DNA from: Cycas panzhihuaensis | Lineage: Eukaryota; Plantae; Cycadophyta | Direction: 5' to 3' | NCBI GenBank assembly: GCA_023213395.1 | Contig: CM041465.1 | Location: 69,695,741 to 69,759,740 of the forward strand | DNA: 64,000 nucleotides | Part shown: positions 59,601 to 64,000 of the stretch, in pieces | How positions within the stretch are numbered: the stretch's first letter is position 1 | How the letters are laid out: each line of letters begins with the position of its first letter | Translations under genes and position numbers: made by a program | The notes under the pieces: model-generated | Seen by the model: the letters and a program-made list of their open reading frames with translations, nothing else | The model's database searches: none | What the model was told of the DNA's origin: nothing

Positions 59601-60881
59601 TATACATGCCGCAGCCGGAAGGATATGTCAAAAAAAAAGGACAGGAACAGTTGGTGTGCAAATTAAAAAAGGCATTGTATGGATTGAAACAAGCTCTTCG
59701 TGCATGGTACGCCAAACTGGATCAACATTTATATGATAATGGTTTCCAAGCAGCTCGATTCCAAATTTTGTACGCAAAGAAAAGAAATGAACAAATCACT
59801 CTAATTGTTGTCTATGTAGATGACATGATATTGACAGGCAATGATGATAAATCAATTATTGAGATAAAAGAACAGTTGGAAAAAAGGTTTGAAATGACAG
59901 ACCTTGGTCTTCTTAATTATTATCTAGGATCAGAAGTAAATCAACAGAACGAATATATTTCCATTTCACAAAGTAAGTATATAAAAATCTGCTAGAAAAA
60001 TTCAGAATGACTGACTACAATCCATGTGCCACACCCATTATCTGGGATCAGAAGTAAATCAACAGAACGAATATATTTCCATTTCACAAAGTAAGTATAT
60101 AAAAATCTGCTAGAAAAATTCAGAATGACTGACTACAATCCATGTGCCACACCCATGGAGATCAATTGCAATTTGGTTCCTGATGAAAAAGAACAAACAG
60201 TCAATGTCACTCTATATAGGCAACTGGTTGGGAGACTGATCTACCTCACTGCTTACAGACCTGATATATCCTATTCAGTCGGGCTCCTCTCTAGATACAT
60301 GCAAGAACCCAGAGTAAGACATTGGAAGGCAACATGGAGAATACTGAGATATTTGAGAGGAACAACAGAATTAAAATTGATCTATTCAAAAGGGGGGATC
60401 AGCAAAAATCATAGGCTTTTGTGATTCAGATCGGGCAGGAGATAAGAAGAAAAGGAAGTCAACCAATGGCTATTGCTTCTTCTTAGGGACAGCTGCAATC
60501 TCATGGAGCAGCAAAAAATAGTCCACTGTAGCACTCTCGTCAACTGAAGCAGAATACAAAGCAGCAATAACGACCACTTGTGAAGCGGTATGGCTCCAGT
60601 AGCCTCTGAGCGATCTGGATCAACCCAAAAACAAAGCAACAATTATATACTGCGATAATCAAAGTGCTATCAAACTGACCAAAAATCTGGTCTTTCATGC
60701 CAAAACTAAGCACATTGAAGTTCATCATCACTTTATAAGAGAGAAGGTCCATAGCAAAGAAATCAATCTGGAATATTGTCCCTCTTCTGAACAAGTTGCA
60801 GATCTGTTGACCAAATCTTTAGGAAAAGAGAAATTCCAATTTATGAGAGACAAGATAGGCTTGAAGGAGATAAAACATTAA
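56687..60881 (+). pseudogene. C4 gag-PR-INT-RT-RH polyprotein with stops and frameshifts
   Basis: DKLTEGNYYIW, two knuckles, WFIDSGASRHM, RSDGGGEY, VYVDDM, CDNQS. Confidence 0.95.
59919..60154. repeat. 118-bp tandem duplication in C4 RT
   Basis: 59919-60036 versus 60037-60154, one mismatch. Confidence 0.95.
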
Positions 60882-62724
60882 GAAAGGGTGTTGAGAGGTA
60901 ATGTTTTATCTCTAAATTATGTAATTAGTATATGTAACAGTGACACATGTCATTTGGTTAAAATTTAGGTTAACCGTCAAGTTATAACGGTTACCAATCT
61001 GTTATGTATTGAAAGACTTCATCCTCTCAATAAAGATTGTTGAGTTCTCTTATCAGCCTTCTGTCTCCTAATTGAATCTCATCAGTTAAATGATCTCAAA
61101 TTATTTGTTGTGCTGAGAGGCAATAATGAATGAAACCCACCATTAAAAACACCAGGAAAAAGTGTTGAAATGTGAAAAGAAAAGGATATTAAAAAAAAAA
61201 TTGAAAACCTTTAAAAAGGCTTTTTATTAAAGAAAGAATATTCTAAAATGCATATGGTACAATTTTCAAACTATACAAAGTCAAAAAATTTTGATGTGGT
61301 AAATTCTTGCAACCTGGGTGACATGCATAACCATATTTTGGGCAATCTGCATCAATCCATTCAATCGATCGAAAATGCCTTCCGCGCTATAAGTGGTTTG
61401 CATATGCAGAAGAGCCATTGGACAAACAATGCTTGAAGATGAGCCATTACCAGCAGTAAACACGCCTCCATGCATAGTCAAATGACCGCGAAACACTAGA
61501 AGGAGACACGGAAAGAGGCGAGGAGAGACACTCAAGCTTTAGAAGATGTCCACGCACATATAATGGCCATAGACAGGCCGAGGAGTCACACACAAAGCCA
61601 AACTGTTACTTAGGCCAAACACAAAAGATTTCAACATAGTTTTTTTGGCATATTGAGATGTTGAGGACTGAATGTAGTAAAAACGACCACACATGTAGAG
61701 GAGGACAAATTACAATCATTGATACACTAAAACTAGAGAGGAACAAAGTTGAACAAGGACAACAAAGGTTAAACACAGATCCAGAGGAGGAAGAAGAATC
61801 TTCTTTGCATGCCCAGTGATGCTCAGTGCCATAAAACCCTTCAGCATGACCTATCAAATTGACTATTAACAGTCTCACTATGCAATAGCGGAGTTATTTT
61901 TTAACAAAATAACTCCTATTTTGAGAAAATTTGGGTTTTGTGGAGGGATTCCAACGTTGTCTATGCACTTTGGAGGATATTCTTACAAAATATTCTTAAA
62001 TATAGTTTGGTTAAAAAATGTTTCACTTTTTATGTGATATTAAAATAAATTGAAAAGTGATTTGAGTTCCATAAGAGAGCCCCTTGCTTGCTAGCACCCA
62101 ATCACATGGTCATCTAGGTGCTAGGGCCATTTTTGGACCGTTACGTATCTGTTTTGTAAAAATAAATATACCACGGTGATCAATTTTTCAAGATCTTTGA
62201 TCTAGCAACAGTCACATGCTGCACTTTTGTATAAAAAGCAAATTTTGTGTTTTTTTTATGGTATTCTGGCTACCTACGAGTAGCCCAAGGAAAAAAATCA
62301 CTCATGCCAACTACCTACACGTAGACTGATGATTCTTAAAGCTTTCTTTCTTTATTTTCATGCTTGTTTACATACTTTCTAGTTGCGTTTTTCATTGCTT
62401 TCTACTTAAAATGGCCAGTGGAAGTTGTATATTATGAACTGTCATAGAAAAATTCATAGCTCTTAAAAATTACACTATTTGGAAGCATCGCATGTTCTAT
62501 TTTTTCCATCTGAATGATCTCTAGAAATATGTGGACAACTCTATAATGGGTAAAGATGTTGCATAGATCATTGCATTCCAACACAAATTAAATATTGATG
62601 CTAATTTTAATGCTAAATGTCAATCAAAGATGTGAATTACATTTGATTTTCTCAGCATGCTGATCAGCGGCAGCATCATCTTATACATCAAGGGAGCTAC
62701 AACACCGATGCAGATATAGGACCT

Positions 62725-64000
62725 TGTTGCGTTCTAGGAAAACCCTCTCTTTAGGGGTCTGTCAGCCGACTTAATTCCCAGAAATGAGCGCAGGAATATT
62801 AGCCGACCAAGAAGCCGCTTACGCCGACTTCATTAATGGTTGACTCAAAGGAATCCCTAATTATGGCCAACTTCAAACAGAATAATAATTGACCATTATA
62901 AATAGGGATCAAAGTCCTCATTTTGGATCATCCCTTCGGTTGGATCTCTTCTACATTTTCGGCTTTAGGACTGTAGTTGACTTGGCCTTTTGGCCTCAGA
63001 TATTTGGAGGATTCCTGCCTCGAAGGGCAAGCGTTCAGTAAGGATATTTTATTATACATTTGTGTACTTTCCAGTATTATTTTGGACAATATATTTACCT
63101 TTATTTGTACTATTTCCATTACTTTATTTTGGTGTTTTATGGTGAATTTTCAATATCCATTATTATTTAAAATTGAGGAGATCTGTTTGAGCCTATATTA
63201 GACCAGTATCTACAAATCTTTGTGTTATTTCTGAATTAAGTTAAAAGCTTCTGCTACAAGTGGTATCAGAGCTTCGTTGAAGCTATCCTGTGGAAAAGTG
63301 TCTCCAGGGAATATAGTCGAAAATTTTTTAGAGGGGATCAATACAGTGTAACAGCCATCAGGAGGGTGACATTTTTTTGCGAGAAGGAAGTGAAAATTTT
63401 CCCCACCCCCCCACCCGTGGATTTTGAGAAGAGCCCAAACGGAGTTATGCTCTAAGAAGGTTATTCAAAAAAATAAGATGTCGACTGCCCAAGGCCAATC
63501 CAGTCAAGAACATATCACCTCAGACGAAGTAGGAAAGGAAATCCTAGCTTTGTTAGCAGGCCTCACAGACCTCATGCACAAAATCAACATAAAATTGGAC
63601 GGACCACAAGCAGAACCAATATGAGCCAAACAAGAAAAGGAAATAGAACAAGGAAATACAAGTAATTTCAAAGGAAGATTTAATACAGGAGGAGAATATC
63701 AAAGAAGAACCTGCAAGAGTAACGAAGGGGTGACAATGGCAAAGATCACCTTAGAGGAGTTTGACCCCGATAAATCGAGGGATATAAGAGGATGGATCTT
63801 ACAGATGGAAACCTATTTCTCAGTCTACGCGATACCGGAACACGAGCAAGTATCCTTGGCATCATTACATTTGTACGGTCGAGCCTTGAAATGTTATTCA
63901 TGGTGGCTTCGAACAAGTGGGAAACAGGCAGAAAGCTAGTAGAACATAAAGCATGGGCTCATAACCCAATATGAAGACTCATGGAGTGCAGACTATTTCG
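62725..64000 (+). mobile_element. 5' end of Ty3/Gypsy G4
   Basis: LTR 62725-63258 (TGTTGC..GCTACA), PBS 63261-63272, gag from ~63478 (KITLEEFD...WILQMETYF...LASLHLYGRAL). Confidence 0.88.

Larger units (their letters stand above)
56085..61084 (+). mobile_element. Ty1/Copia C4 (C1 lineage) lacking its 5' LTR and PBS
   Basis: PPT AAGAAAGGG and 3' LTR 60889-61084. Flanked by a 33-bp direct repeat at 56052-56084 and 61085-61117. Confidence 0.93.

Overview
AT-rich, CpG-depleted land-plant DNA made almost entirely of nested, decaying LTR retrotransposons. I see no intact host gene. The element types suggest a gymnosperm or fern, but that is inference. Left to right: (1) a + strand non-chromovirus Ty3/Gypsy (G1, <1 to ~20368), interrupted by two Ty1/Copia elements with both LTRs (C1 2953-8131, TSD AAAAC; C2 11100-18463, minus, TSD GGAAA); (2) a ~4.8 kb minus-strand mosaic of short host-gene fragments (PPR, NF-YC/DPB3, RopGAP, CLC, possibly AAA) ending in a PPT/LTR-like end; (3) a related minus-strand Gypsy (G2, 25313-~34640); (4) a chromovirus-like Gypsy remnant (G3); (5) a Copia LTR/leader remnant (C5) and an RT-deleted Copia (C3 41070-47694, TSD TAAAT); (6) a further Copia remnant containing a solo LTR (TSD CAAGG); (7) a multi-exon pseudogene and a hAT fragment; (8) a non-coding LTR element containing a 5'-truncated Copia (C4) flanked by a 33-bp duplication; (9) the 5' end of another Gypsy (G4). 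The most unusual signals are: two extra capsid-like domains between protease and RT plus a PMD-like 3' extra ORF in both G1 and G2; the gene-fragment mosaic; a variable cargo slot in the C2/C3 leaders (23-copy minisatellite versus a CpG-rich cassette with a TATA box and partial miRNA complementarity); a leader module shared by Copia and Gypsy; and a conserved post-PBS hairpin. All protein and miRNA assignments are by eye and from memory; no searches were run.
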